Below, one piece after another: positions 1 to 11,683 of a stretch of 64,000 bases of DNA. The first letter of the stretch is position 1, and every line of letters starts with the position of its first letter. The DNA lies in contig CM082590.2 of the NCBI GenBank assembly GCA_040954595.2, positions 6,200,001 through 6,264,000 on the forward strand. The letters run 5' to 3'. The position numbers were made by a program, and so were the translations under genes. The notes beneath the pieces are model-generated. The model was given only the letters and a program-made list of their open reading frames with translations, was not told where the DNA came from and did no database searches. The stretch comes from Balanoglossus misakiensis. Its lineage: Eukaryota; Animalia; Hemichordata.

Positions 1-40
1 CCAAACGATAAACACTGTTATATGGCTTCTTATATTTTAG

Positions 41-82
41 GATGGCGAAACCCCTTTGGATTTAGCAGTAAAATTGTTAAAG
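41..82 (+). CDS. ROCO-A internal exon: last partial ankyrin repeat (DGETPLDLAVKLLK); upstream exons lie before the window
   Basis: tattttAG acceptor, GTatgt donor, 42 nt, phase 0/0; G-x-T-P-L-x-x-A ankyrin motif; paralogous to 44353-44394. Confidence 0.8.
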
Positions 83-1020
83 GTATGTATCTATCAAGTC
101 CAGACATGGTGGTAGTGTTATATCCTTGATCAAAACACTTGGTCAAAGACAGAACATCACCGCAAATCCTTGTAATTGCTTGTAAACGCACATTTAGTAA
201 ATAATGCTTGGCAGGACAGACGTTCTAATGTCGGAGTCAAGCTTCTTCACAGCCCCGGAACTTGAATGGAATCAAAAAAGCTCAAAAACCTACTCTGGAT
301 AAAATGCTGCTCACACACTACTGCAGGTTTCTATTCAATACACACGCAGGATAAGTCATGTGATTATAACTACGTTTTTTTCTATTTGGAGTTTTATCTT
401 ACAAATTCACATTTTAAAAATCGCTTAAAATGTGCAGTTGTTCGAGTTTCCGGACAATCGATCGTACTCATAGTTTCACACAAAGCAAATCATGAGATAG
501 CATTCCAGACTCTTCACCGCTATTAAGACATGATCAATCGAATAAGAGGATCAAGAGCAATGTTTACTTCCTTATGGTTATCAAACACAACATTGTCATA
601 TATTGGGCTGTCACCATGATCAAGTGTTGAAATTTGACAGGTGAGCATACCTTTCAACACTGAATGGAACTAAAGTCTAAAACATTCTAATTATCTGGAA
701 AGTGAAATTGCATATGATCTAAACATTATATGCTCAAATCATAGGTTCCTATTACATGTCAAACACATCAGAGGATCAGTTTTAAACATTTCGGACACCG
801 AAATCCATGAGATTCGAAGTCTGTTCTGTCAACCGGTCTTTGAAAAAAAAATATACAATACAAAATATTATGATTAACCCTTTGTTTATCCGATAATAAT
901 TGTCTAACTAGCTAATATCGCTTCAATGGTTAAAGGCTGATGTACGATCAATCACAGACGTACATAATAAAACAGGCCATGCAGATTTTATGATGTTTAA
1001 CTTATACACTGCAGTGTAGG

Positions 1021-1600
1021 ATTTGTGTCAACACGCCTCTAAGGGTTTCTGCCAAACTTTTATGCTAGGTTTCCTAAACACATTTATGGGCAGTATATAA
1101 CAGTTGTAGCCAAAATGGTTGATTAGTCTGAGAACAATCTTTTTGTTGATATTACATCTACTTCTCCCCCTAAGATAAAATTTTAATAGATTAAACATAT
1201 TTATAATTATCAAAAGAAGTGGTCTAGATATTAATATATTTCAAAAAATATGTATTCTTATTTCAACCCACATAGTATGGCTACAATGAGAAAATTTGTG
1301 TCAACACACCTACCGGTATAAGAGATTCTGCAAAACTTTGTTCATTTGAGACACTTATGCTCGGTTTTCTGAACACATTTATTGGCAGTGCATAAGAGTT
1401 GTAACTAAAATGGTTGATTAGTCTGAAGTCTGAGAACACAGATTTTTGTTGATATTACATCTACATCTTCCCTAAGATGCAAATCCTAATAGATTTAACA
1501 TAGTCATAATTATCAAAAGAAGGGATCTAGATATTAATATATTTAAAATATTATGTACTCTTATTTCAACCCATAGGATTACTACACTGAGGAAAATCTG
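1021..1600 (+). repeat. Diverged tandem duplication (~275-300 bp units) that includes the acceptor of the linker exon
   Basis: Shared blocks aaaatggttgattagtctga, tttttgttgatattacatctac, tctagatattaatatattt and ttatttcaaccc each occur twice. Confidence 0.8.
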
Positions 1601-1651
1601 TGTGCCACATTGGTGGTGCTCTCCTGTTTGCGCGTGTCACTCACAACCAAG
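1577..1651 (+). CDS. ROCO-A 75-nt linker exon (DYYTEENLCATLVVLSCLRVSLTTK)
   Basis: acccatAG acceptor, ACCAAG|GTgaat donor, phase 0/0, no stop; same length and splice contexts as 44964-45038 in copy B. Confidence 0.6.
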
Positions 1652-2175
1652 GTGAATTCCTTTTTTTATATTAGTACTATTGATAGATTATCTATACTTA
1701 ATGATAATTTAATCATAATACCCTTCACATAAAGATATACATGAACTTGCCGCAGTAGTAGTACAACATTCAGACCTACCAAAATAATCTTGTATGAGTA
1801 TAGTATATGCACTGCTTACATACAAGAGTATTAGTCCAGCTTATCTATTTACCAATAGTGACAGAGAAATGTTACCAAGGAATTCTAATTGTTAATGTCT
1901 GTTATTTATCTGAACGAGTCATACATGAAAAAGTATGAATCTGTCGCAGTACTTGTGAGGCATATCAGTACATACCAATATCATCATGTATGAGTATAGC
2001 ATATGCACCTAATGTAAGATTATTACTCCAGTTATCTAGAAAAGACGAGCTACACCCTATTTAGTCAGTAGAGAATGATACATCAGACATTGATTGAAAG
2101 GTTTCATGAATCATATATGTATGTTGCACAATGTCGTTGATACTTGTACTAGATTGGATGCCTTCTTTTTTCCAG

Positions 2176-5100
2176 AAACATTTGCTCAAAGCTGGAAAGA
2201 TCGGATCAATTGTAGTTGAAAAACCCAGTTTGAAGAGTGAAGTCTTCGACCTGTCAGATGACACTTTGGATGAGAAGTTGACAGCCGTTTATGACAGTGG
2301 CGAGAAAGTAAAGGCAATTGTAGTTGGTGAGAGCAAAGCGTTATCAAGGTTAGATGAATTATTGAAAGGTCGAGAAATAAGTTCATTGGTGTTATGCAAT
2401 GTCGACATCAAGAAGGTGAGAAACATAAAGGTATCGGAAAGTCTCACTTTAATCAGTGTTAAGTATTTTGATCCCGAGAAAGTGGCTGGTTGGCTTTTGC
2501 CCTCAGCTAGGTATTTCACCTGCATTGATACTAAGATCCCTGTACCATGGTCTATCCAATATTCTGGGTCATTTGAAATACTGAATGTAAGTTACTGTAC
2601 CCTCCAAGTGAAGAAATCACCTCGAACAGACAGTAAAATGAAAGTAATACACATAGCTTGTGGGAGTGTTAAACAGTTGTTCTTAAATAACAATGGTTTG
2701 ACTGATCTGCAGGAGGACATCGGTTCAATTCCTGGTTTATCAACATTGGATGTGAGTAACAATTCAATTAAGAGAATACCACCATCGTTGAGCAAACTTG
2801 TTGATTGTAAATACATCAGAATAGAAGGAAATCCAGCCATAAACATACCACGTGATATTTTAAGGGGTGGTAAGGAAGCTGTCTTGTCTTACCTGAAGGA
2901 ATTTCTGAACACAAACACGTTGCCTAACAGGAATGTCAAGGTAGTTCTCGTTGGTCATGAACGTGTAGGAAAAACAACTCTAGTGCAAGCATTGAAGGGT
3001 GAATCATCAGACGTGCAGAAAACTGATGGCATAGACATCTCGGAAATAAATCTCAAAGAGAGAGATATTAAGTTGACCGTGTTTGATTTTGCTGGGGATG
3101 TAGATTTTCTGGAATCACATTCACTGTTTATTACAGATGACAGTGTCTTTTTGGTCACCTTTGACCTCAGCAAATTTGCCATTAGTTCAACAACGAACAA
3201 GGTGTCATCTTCACATCAAATGGGGAGAGTGAAATTGTGGTTGCAGACTGTGTTTGCATATGCTCCAAATTCCCAAGTTATTCTGGTAGGTACCCATGCT
3301 GATGCGCCAATGTTAAACAGGGCTGTGCTTGACTTGATTTGGCAGACGGTTCATGATACACTTGTTGAAATGAGAGACACACATCGCAAGTACTACCGTC
3401 AAAATATGCGCAAAGATTGCTTAGTGTGTCAGAACCAAGATGTGCTGAAAAGAAAGAGTATGTTTAAGGGATTAGCTGGATATGTGAGTATTGATGGTGA
3501 TGAGGAATTGGTTGATGAAAGTCAAATGCCTCCTTCAGAAGGAAGAGCTCTGACTTCTTGTCCACACATTGTTGGATATGTTGAGGTTTGCAGCACAGAA
3601 AAATTCCCAAATTGGATATTATACAAGGGGAATAAGAGCATTGCACAGTTGCAAATGGCACTAACAAAGGTTTGTGATAATCTTTTGGAATCAACAAGCC
3701 CAGAAATCCCAGAAAAGTGGAATCTCTTGCGAGGGAATTTAAAATCAGAACGACTGAAACGTCCAAACCCAGTAATGACCTACAAGGAATACCAGGAGAT
3801 TGCTGGTAACATTGGAATTGAAAAGGGTGTGACATTAGATAATGCAACCAGTTTTCTGTGTAGTCAGGGTGACATAGTGGTTGATCCATCTAGATCTACA
3901 ACTGGAGACAAGGGTCTGCAAGTGCTGGTAGTACTTGATCCCCATTGGCTGGCTAATAAATTGAAGACACTGATATCTTATGCAAGGGAAGATGGGTCTG
4001 GGGAATTCATTGATAACAATGGCATACTGTCAATGGAGAACATGGTAAAAGCCTGGGCAGACATCGAAAGTGAATATCGTGGCTCACTGTTAGATGTTTT
4101 TACATCATTGCGTATTTGTTTTGCATTTGGTGAGGAACAAACATCAGTTGAAGCAAAGAAGGGTTATTTGTTTCCTTGTAAGTTACCTGTTGGTCAGCCA
4201 TCAGAGAAAAATTGGTATCCATATCCCAAAAACAAGGACAGACAGGCTAGTCACCTTTATCGATTTGGCTTTCTACCTCCACTGTTTTTCTGTGATCTAA
4301 TAGTAGCAGTCAATGAGAAGGCCATTTTTGCAAAGTCAAGTCATCCCACATACACACGAAATAATATTGTGTTTCTTTGCAATGAGAAGCTGGAACCATG
4401 TGACGAATGTGTCAAGTCAGGCGGTTTTGATGGCAGTGTTAATGCTGCGCACCTTGTGCGTTTTGAGTTGCTTTACCATAGCAACAGTATCCTTGTCAGT
4501 GCTAGGGGACCACAGGCTTGTTGCCTCCTGCAACAACTCCAAGGCATCATGAAGGATGTTCTCAACACCCCTCAGTACATGAATGTTGATATGAAGGTAC
4601 CAGAGTCCCTATCATGCCCACACTGTATTGTTCTGCGTGAACCCTTCATTGGAGAAATGACACAGAGTGGAAGCAGTCTAATCTGCTCCATCCCCACATC
4701 AAAGAGTCACCTGTTTCACAGCAGATTAGACCTACTACAGTGGAATGGGGTAGAAAGACCAATTTCTACCCAGACTAGATTAGACATGTCCAAAGACATG
4801 CGCTGCCCAAGTCACTTTGTTATGCTGTCGGTTAACACAGGCAGCCAATCAGTTGTGGGTCAACTGACACAGTATGTGTTTTCCCACTTCTCTGATGGTT
4901 ATGCAGTCCACTTGCTTTGTGAAAAGCCACAACAGTTGCATTTCATTGATTCCCCGGGCTATCGAGTTAGAAATGTAAATGGGTTTCTCAAGAAGTATGG
5001 CCCACATATGTGTAGAATTCTGAAGATCATCGAGGTAGCAGGTGGTTTGTTGAAGTTTATTCCAGATCCAACCGGTACTGCTGCTGCAGCAGCAAAAACA

Positions 5101-5382
5101 GTTCCTGCAATCGCCGGGAAAGCAGGTAACTTACTGTCAGAATTCTTGCATGATTTTGGAAGCAAGTATCCAGAATTGAATGACATATCCAGAGAGCCAC
5201 TACAAAAGTCCATGGAGGAGTTAGAAAAGATGAAATCATCACCACACCGCAGAGATTTCCAACGCTTTCTCGGTAAAGCTGATGAAGATGGACAGTTTGG
5301 GGGCCTTCAGCCAATAGCATATGGCACGGGTGTCATTTGGGTTTGTGAAACTCACTTTTGTGAGCTGGCAAGTAAACAATAG
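2176..5382 (+). CDS. ROCO-A terminal exon: LRRs - Roc GTPase - COR - Cys/His C-terminal domain, no kinase
   Basis: cttttttccAG acceptor in frame with the 1083-aa ORF; LRRs (LFLNNNGLTDL, LDVSNNSIKRIP, IRIEGNP); P-loop GHERVGKT, switch I TDGI, G3 DFAG, G4 VGTHAD; COR motifs IPEKW and LDPHWL; ends at TAG. Confidence 0.92.
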   Translation, partial: KHLLKAGKIGSIVVEKPSLKSEVFDLSDDTLDEKLTAVYDSGEKVKAIVVGESKALSRLDELLKGREISSLVLCNVDIKKVRNIKVSESLTLISVKYFDPEKVAGWLLPSARYFTCIDTKIPVPWSIQYSGSFEILNVSYCTLQVKKSPRTDSKMKVIHIACGSVKQLFLNNNGLTDLQEDIGSIPGLSTLDVSNNSIKRIPPSLSKLVDCKYIRIEGNPAINIPRDILRGGKEAVLSYLKEFLNTNTLPNRNVKVVLVGHERVGKTTLVQALKGESSDVQKTDGIDISEINLKERDIKLTVFDFAGDVDFLESHSLFITDDSVFLVTFDLSKFAISSTTNKVSSSHQMGRVKLWLQTVFAYAPNSQVILVGTHADAPMLNRAVLDLIWQTVHDTLVEMRDTHRKYYRQNMRKDCLVCQNQDVLKRKSMFKGLAGYVSIDGDEELVDESQMPPSEGRALTSCPHIVGYVEVCSTEKFPNWILYKGNKSIAQLQMALTKVCDNLLESTSPEIPEKWNLLRGNLKSERLKRPNPVMTYKEYQEIAGNIGIEKGVTLDNATSFLCSQGDIVVDPSRSTTGDKGLQVLVVLDPHWLANKLKTLISYAREDGSGEFIDNNGILSMENMVKAWADIESEYRGSLLDVFTSLRICFAFGEEQTSVEAKKGYLFPCKLPVGQPSEKNWYPYPKNKDRQASHLYRFGFLPPLFFCDLIVAVNEKAIFAKSSHPTYTRNNIVFLCNEKLEPCDECVKSGGFDGSVNAAHLVRFELLYHSNSILVSARGPQACCLLQQLQGIMKDVLNTPQYMNVDMKVPESLSCPHCIVLREPFIGEMTQSGSSLICSIPTSKSHLFHSRLDLLQWNGVERPISTQTRLDMSKDMRCPSHFVMLSVNTGSQSVVGQLTQYVFSHFSDGYAVHLLCEKPQQLHFIDSPGYRVRNVNGFLKKYGPHMCRILKIIEVAGGLLKFIPDPTGTAAAAAKTVPAIAGKAGNLLSEFLHDFGSKYPELNDISREPLQKSMEELEKMKSSPHRRDFQRFLGKADEDGQFGGLQPIAYGTGVIWVCETHFCELASKQ

Positions 5383-6324
5383 AGACATACTGATGTGGGT
5401 GTCACCCAAAGATTATCACAATACTCTACGTTAACATACGGTATTGTATCTGTGATACCACAATACATGTGCATGAATGTTACCAAAACATAAATCGAAC
5501 ATTTCCATCATTACACCCTAGCATCCATAATGTACTCTCAAACATCTCATGAGGGCGCAAGACTGGTAGATACCAAACACTACAGAATTTGGATCTGGCC
5601 ACACATGTACTACACAGTAACTGCATTTCCCATTGTGTATATAATGGCAGAGTTGTGACATTATTTCCAAGTACAAGGAATACTACGTATATACATTTTA
5701 TTCAGATATATCCCCTGAACAGTTCCAACAATGTCAAATTTAGACTAAAGAATGAGATAGTTCATGTTTGATCTGTATTTAGAGATAGTGGGTATTGTTT
5801 TTAGATGACTGTAGGAAATTATACAATAGATCTTCCAGTTAGATGCTCCTTCACCATGTACCAGATAGCACCATGTTCATCGGCCAAAAGAAAGCATGGT
5901 CAAAGATAAGTGGATGAAATGACATGATGGGAACACTGCCCATGTAGTATCCTCTGTGCAGAGACCAATCCTATGAGTTGATAAACAAAAATGTGGCCTT
6001 TCAATCTTCTTGTGAGAGAATTCACTTTGAGGTTGCATTTGTAACATAATCAAATGACCCAGGTTAATTGGATTGCAGTATCTCAATTTATATTTGCATT
6101 TTAAGTGGTGATTTCTTTTCTGGACTAGTTTACCACAGCTGACATTAAACACATTCTGTTGATGTGTAGCCAAATCTATGTTTAATAGAGAGAGAAGGAG
6201 ATTGTCTGTCTTTAGACCAAGTACTATATTATGTATTAAATGTATTGTGCATCAATGTAGAATTATGTAACTTTTAAAAATTATCAAGATTTTTTTAATG
6301 TCCTCTTGAATCATGAATGTTTCC

Positions 6325-6330
6325 ATTAAA
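6325..6330 (+). terminator. Candidate polyadenylation signal (ATTAAA) of ROCO-A
   Basis: Conserved in copy B (49821), followed by a T/GT-rich tract; variant hexamer. Confidence 0.35.
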
Positions 6331-8112
6331 CATTCATTTGCAAATTTCAAGTTTATCAATATACGGCAGTTTTTGGTGTGTTAGTATAATACTTGCCTTT
6401 TGTTTCTTGTGACTCGTATTTTTTCTCTGAAAATGTATACGGTGTTTTAATGCTTATCTGTCACAAGTTTAATGTCTTCAATTATGCATATCATATCAAC
6501 ATGTGATATATGCAAAATTTAATTGATGTACTAACAATCTTGTCAGAAATGACAGTGATTTCATTTCATTTCCCTTGGATCCAAACCAGCTGTCTTAAAG
6601 ATAACATTCCATCTGTCAGTGAATTCTCATGTATGGGACCATTACTCAGACATGTTGGGACAGACTTTATTTCATGTTAACTCAGTGTTCTTTTTATCCA
6701 TTGATCCAGCAGGGACAAGGTTAATTGCAATGACAATATCTCCTTGAATTTTCAGTAATAGGACAAAAAACTTCACGAGTTACTGTGTTTAAGACAGCTC
6801 AATAACCAAGGTTTTTCTAAGACCATCTGTACAATCTGATAATTTTGTCGATAAAATACTTTAACCACAGCTTATTGTTATTGCTACAGGTATGTTCAAT
6901 ACACACAAATTGGTAATACTCGCAAGTCACAGTTAATGTTACCGTATGTTTCCTTTTAAAAGCTTTTTATATTAATGTTTTCTACATTGTGTTTTAAAGA
7001 ATATGTGAAGTATCAAGCTTGTAATTTCACCTCACAAATATCCCCCACACAGAAACTGGCCAGCTTGGATTATTCACTCTGATCTGTTCCTTTTGTTTTG
7101 GATGTTGTTCCTGTAAAACCATCCCTTCTCTGCTTTACGCACATTTTCCCCGAATATGTTAACCTGGTTGGTCAATCCCTAGTTTATCAGTGTGAAGATA
7201 AACTTGTGAAGTGAATAGACGTGGGTCAAACAGATGTGTTTAGCCAGTGCCCGTATTGGCCATGTGTACATCTGTGTCAGGGACAGCTGTCATGATTAGG
7301 ACAACTTTGTTTGTATTGAATTATTTTAGAACATACTGAATTTACCCCTCATTTGAATTTCTGTTTATGAGTCTTTCAAACAATATGTAAATTGCAGAGA
7401 CAGATGCCACACAAAAACAAACACACAAATGAACATCAACTGGTTTGAAAAAAAAACTACATCAATGATGTTATGGGCATATTAATAAGAATGATAGTGT
7501 TTTAAGATATCAACATATACTAATAAAGAAGACAGGTTGATATTTCAATTATTGATGACATGTATTTGAAGAATTCATTCCAATATTGGCAATTTTGTTT
7601 GAATAAAATTGACACAATATTTTCAGAATTTGTTTGCACTATACTCATTTTAACTGAAAAATAATTCTTAAATCTACATTTAATTATGTAGTACCTTTTG
7701 TTGGAAGCCTTATTTATATACCCTTTCAATGTTCTATGACAGGACAATGAATATCCCATTGGTCATCATTCAAATTGCGTTGCATTTGATTGAAATGATT
7801 TTCTGTTTATGTTTTCGCTAAATTATTTGAGGAATAATCTAAGCCCATACGAATAATTTGCGAGGCCAGGGGCTTAGGGACCAATTCATGGTTAGGGGGG
7901 GGGGGGCAAATGTAGCCAACGTTCTGGTGGTGAATGACTTACAATGGAAATTTGCACACATAAATAAATTAATATAATTAAATTAATATATGAACAAATT
8001 AAAAGGACAAGTCATTACAATAGTTAGTAGAATTGATAAAGGTGGGGTTGGGAGTGGGTGCCCCCCTCCCACATTAGAAAATTTTATTAAATACAGAGCT
8101 CAAAGCTGCATT

Positions 8113-11100
8113 TTAATGAACTCAAAAAGCAAATTAACTCTACTATGTTGGGGAGGACAAATTTAACCTTCGCCGATCAAAGTTAGCATTGGTGGGGGGA
8201 AGGGGGCAAGTACTCTGCCCAGGTACACCAGGCAATACATGAAAGGTGTGAAAGAATGAAAGGGGTGGGTGTGGGAAGGGGTGTCCCTCTCTGACATTAG
8301 AAAATTTTGTAATATAACAATCTCCAAACCGCAATTTTTTGTCCCTAAAGTTGGGGGCAAAAGTATTTCTTGGTCCCCCCCCCCTACTTCAGCATTGGAG
8401 GGGGGGGGGGGCAAGTGACCACCCACTCCTGGTTCCTACGCCTATGGGGGCGAAGTTGTGTAAATGTATGTCTGCTTGGGACCAATATGCAATGCTTTGG
8501 GGTATAGTTTTGTCACTGTGAGTGTGCCCTCTAAACCCATATGATGCACCACTGACTCACTAGTGACTCAAGGAAATTATCCACAATACATGCAAAGTAC
8601 AGACTCAGAGAATTTTTTACAAATCTTCAAATTGACTCAAAGCTTTAACAATTATGTTTGTTTAGAGAACACTGCAGGTAACATTGGCAAGCAGATATGG
8701 CCTAACCATATCTACATATGGAAATGTAAAAAGAAATAGAACTATAGGAACATGCCCAATCAAGTGTCATGTGTCAAGGCAATCTTACAAGCAGTGCAAA
8801 TTCTTTCAAGCAGCCCTGGGACAGACAGTCAGAGACACTCATTGACCTTAGACTCTCTCACAGCCCACGGTTCGCTACAAGGCTCTTTACTGACACGCCC
8901 TCAACCGGCCATCTTGAAATTGTGTCGACCATATTTGATTGTCATCACTCACTTAGGTAGCTTAAAGCCTATTTAAGTTAGGGAGAATTGCTGGAAAGTG
9001 ATTGGCTTTAGAGTGTGCATGTATGGTAGCTGATCAGTGGCCTTCGTCTCTTCTTTTGTGAAATGTATAAGTGAACGGCCTGTGTAGGTATCTGAGTCTC
9101 ATTGCAAAAAAAAAATGGCCAGATGCAAAACACCCAGACAGTCTGGTTCACTCTTGAATTGGCACACGTTCAACTGTCAACCCAATTGCATTTGGGTGAA
9201 ACCAGGTCACGATGATTAACAAGGCCTTCTTTATACACTCAGCGCCCGCACCGTGATGTCAATGAAAGAGAAGATCTTTGGAAGATGATTTCTTTTACTT
9301 GTATTCAGAGGAAGCATTTCATTGTACGCGTTAACACCAGTGCTATTTTTACAGGTTGATTGTACTTTTAGTGTTTCGAGCTCTTTTCACACGTGTTCAA
9401 TTAAAGGGACAAAGTCTCTCCCTCGCTGCCCTTTTTCTATTCATTTTGTTTGATACAAGACACTGTTAATGTTATTCTACATGTGGATATATAGTGAATC
9501 AACGTTCGATCAGTTTTTACGGCCGGGGGGGGGGGGGGGTGCGGCAAAATCCAGGGGGGGGGGGGTCACTTAAATTTTGAAGTCCGAAAGGGGGGTTCAT
9601 CTGTTTTTTTTTAAACGTTTAGGGGGTCACATACTTTTACCACCGAACTTTTGCTTTTGAGTCCACAAAATTGCAGTTTCGCGCCCTTTATTTGACAAAA
9701 TTTTCTAATGTGCGAGGGGGACACCCCCTCCCACACCCACCCCCTCCATTCTTCGCCACATATCATTTATTCGCTGGTTGCACATGCACTCATATTTAGG
9801 GTTTATGATGCCTGTGTATAGTTCACTGCCTTCATCTGCATGGACTAATGGTAGTACAGTGTGAAACAAAAATTATGAAAATTATCCCACAAGTTACAGC
9901 TTACGTGCCTTTAATGAACTCAAAAAGCAAATTAACTCAACTATGTTGGGGAGGACAAATTTAGCCTTCGCCAATCAAAGTTAGCATTGGTGGGGGGGGC
10001 AAGTACTCTGCCCAGGTACACCAGGCAATACATGAAAGGTGTGAAAGAATGAAAGGGGTGGGTGTGGGAAGGGGTGTCCCCCTCTGACATTACAAAATTT
10101 TGTAATATAACAATCTCCAAACCGCAATTTTTTGTCCCTAAAGTTGGGGGGGGGGGCAAAAGTATTTCTTTGCCCCCCCCCCCCCCCAAACACACACACT
10201 TCAGAATTGGAGGGGGGCAAGTGACCACCCCTCCCCCCTCCTGGTTCCTACGCCTATGGAGGCGAAATTGTGGAAATGTATATCTGCTTGGGACCATTAT
10301 GCAACGCTTTGGGGTATAGTTTTGTCACTGTCAGTGTGCCCTCTAAGCCCATATGATGCACCACTGACTCACTGGTGACTCAAGGAAATTATCCACAATA
10401 CATGCAAAGTACAGACTCAGAGAATTTTTTACAAATCTTCAAATTGACTCAAAGCTTTAACAAATTATGTTTGTTTAGAGAACACTGCAGGTAACATTGG
10501 CAAGCAGATATGACCTAACCATATCTAAATATGGAAATGTGTAAAAGAAATAGAACTATAGGAACATGCCCAATCAATTGTCATGTGTCAAGGCAATCTT
10601 ACAAGCAGTGCAACTTCTTTCAAGCAGCCCTGGGACAGACAGTCAGAGACACTCACTGACCTTAGACTCTCTCACAGCCCACGGTTCGCTACAAGGCTCT
10701 TTACTGACGCGCCCTCAACCGGCCATCTTGAAATTGTTTCGACCATATGTGATTTTCATCACTCACTTAGGTAGCTTAAAACCTATTTAAGTTAGGGAGA
10801 ATTGCGGGAAAGTGATTGGCTTTAGAGTGTGCATGTATGGTAGCTGATCAGTGGCCTTCGTCTCTTCTGTTGTGAAATGTATAAGTGAACGGCCTGTGTA
10901 GGTATCTGAGTCTCATTGCAAAAACAAAAAAATGGCCAGACGCAAAACACCCAGACAGTCTGGTTCACTCTTGAATTGGCACACGTTCAACTGTCAACCC
11001 AATTGCATTTGGGTGAAACCAGGTCACGATGATTAACAAGGCCTTCTTTATACACTCAGTGCCCGCACCGTGATGTCAATGAAAGGAGAGCTCTTTGGAA

Positions 11101-11683
11101 GATGATTTCTTTTACTTGTATTCAGAGGAAGCATTTCATTGTACACGTTAACACCAGTGCTATTTTTCACACGTGTTCAATTAAAGGGACAAAGTCTCTC
11201 TCTCTCGCTGCCCTTTTTCTATTAATTATGTTTGATACAAGACACTGTTAATGTTATTCTACATGTGGATATATAGTGAATCAACGTTCAATCAGTTTTT
11301 ACGGCCGTGGGGCCGGCAAAATCCAGGGGGGGGGGGGTCATTTAAATTTTGAAGTCCGAAAGGGGGGGTCATCTGTTTTTTTAAAACGTTTAGGGGGGTC
11401 ACATACTTTTACCACCGAACTTTTGCTTTTGAGTCCACAAAATTGCAGTTTCGCGCCCTTTATTTGACAACATTTTCTAATGTGCGAGGGGGACACCCCT
11501 TCCCACACCCACCCCCTCCATTCTTCGCCACATATCATTTATTCGCTGGTTGCACATGCACTCATATTAAGGGTGTATAATGCCTGTGTATAGTTCACTG
11601 CCTTCATCAGCATGGACTAATGGTAGTACAGTGTGAAACAAATAATTATGATAATTAGCCCAAAAGTTGCAGCTTATGTGCCT
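8113..11683 (+). repeat. Tandem duplication of a ~1.8-kb unit (8113-9910, 9911-11683); single unit in copy B (51249-53036)
   Basis: Both units start TTAAtgaactcaaaaagc and end ...gcttaYgtgcct; repeated small ORFs in the track (8752/10566). Confidence 0.92.

Noticed and set aside
2131-2175. ORF-track start of the 1083-aa ORF (and TTG at 45647) as true start codons
   Set aside because: The N-terminal extensions differ between copies and end in a polypyrimidine-CAG acceptor; they are intronic
2176-5382. Assigning LRRK1, LRRK2, MFHAS1 or DAPK1 symbols
   Set aside because: No kinase, WD40 or death domain, and only a few LRRs; orthology cannot be shown from the sequence alone
8143-11538. Small ORFs repeated in the 1.8-kb units
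   Set aside because: They overlap poly-G/C repeat fragments, frameshift between copies and recur only because the DNA is duplicated
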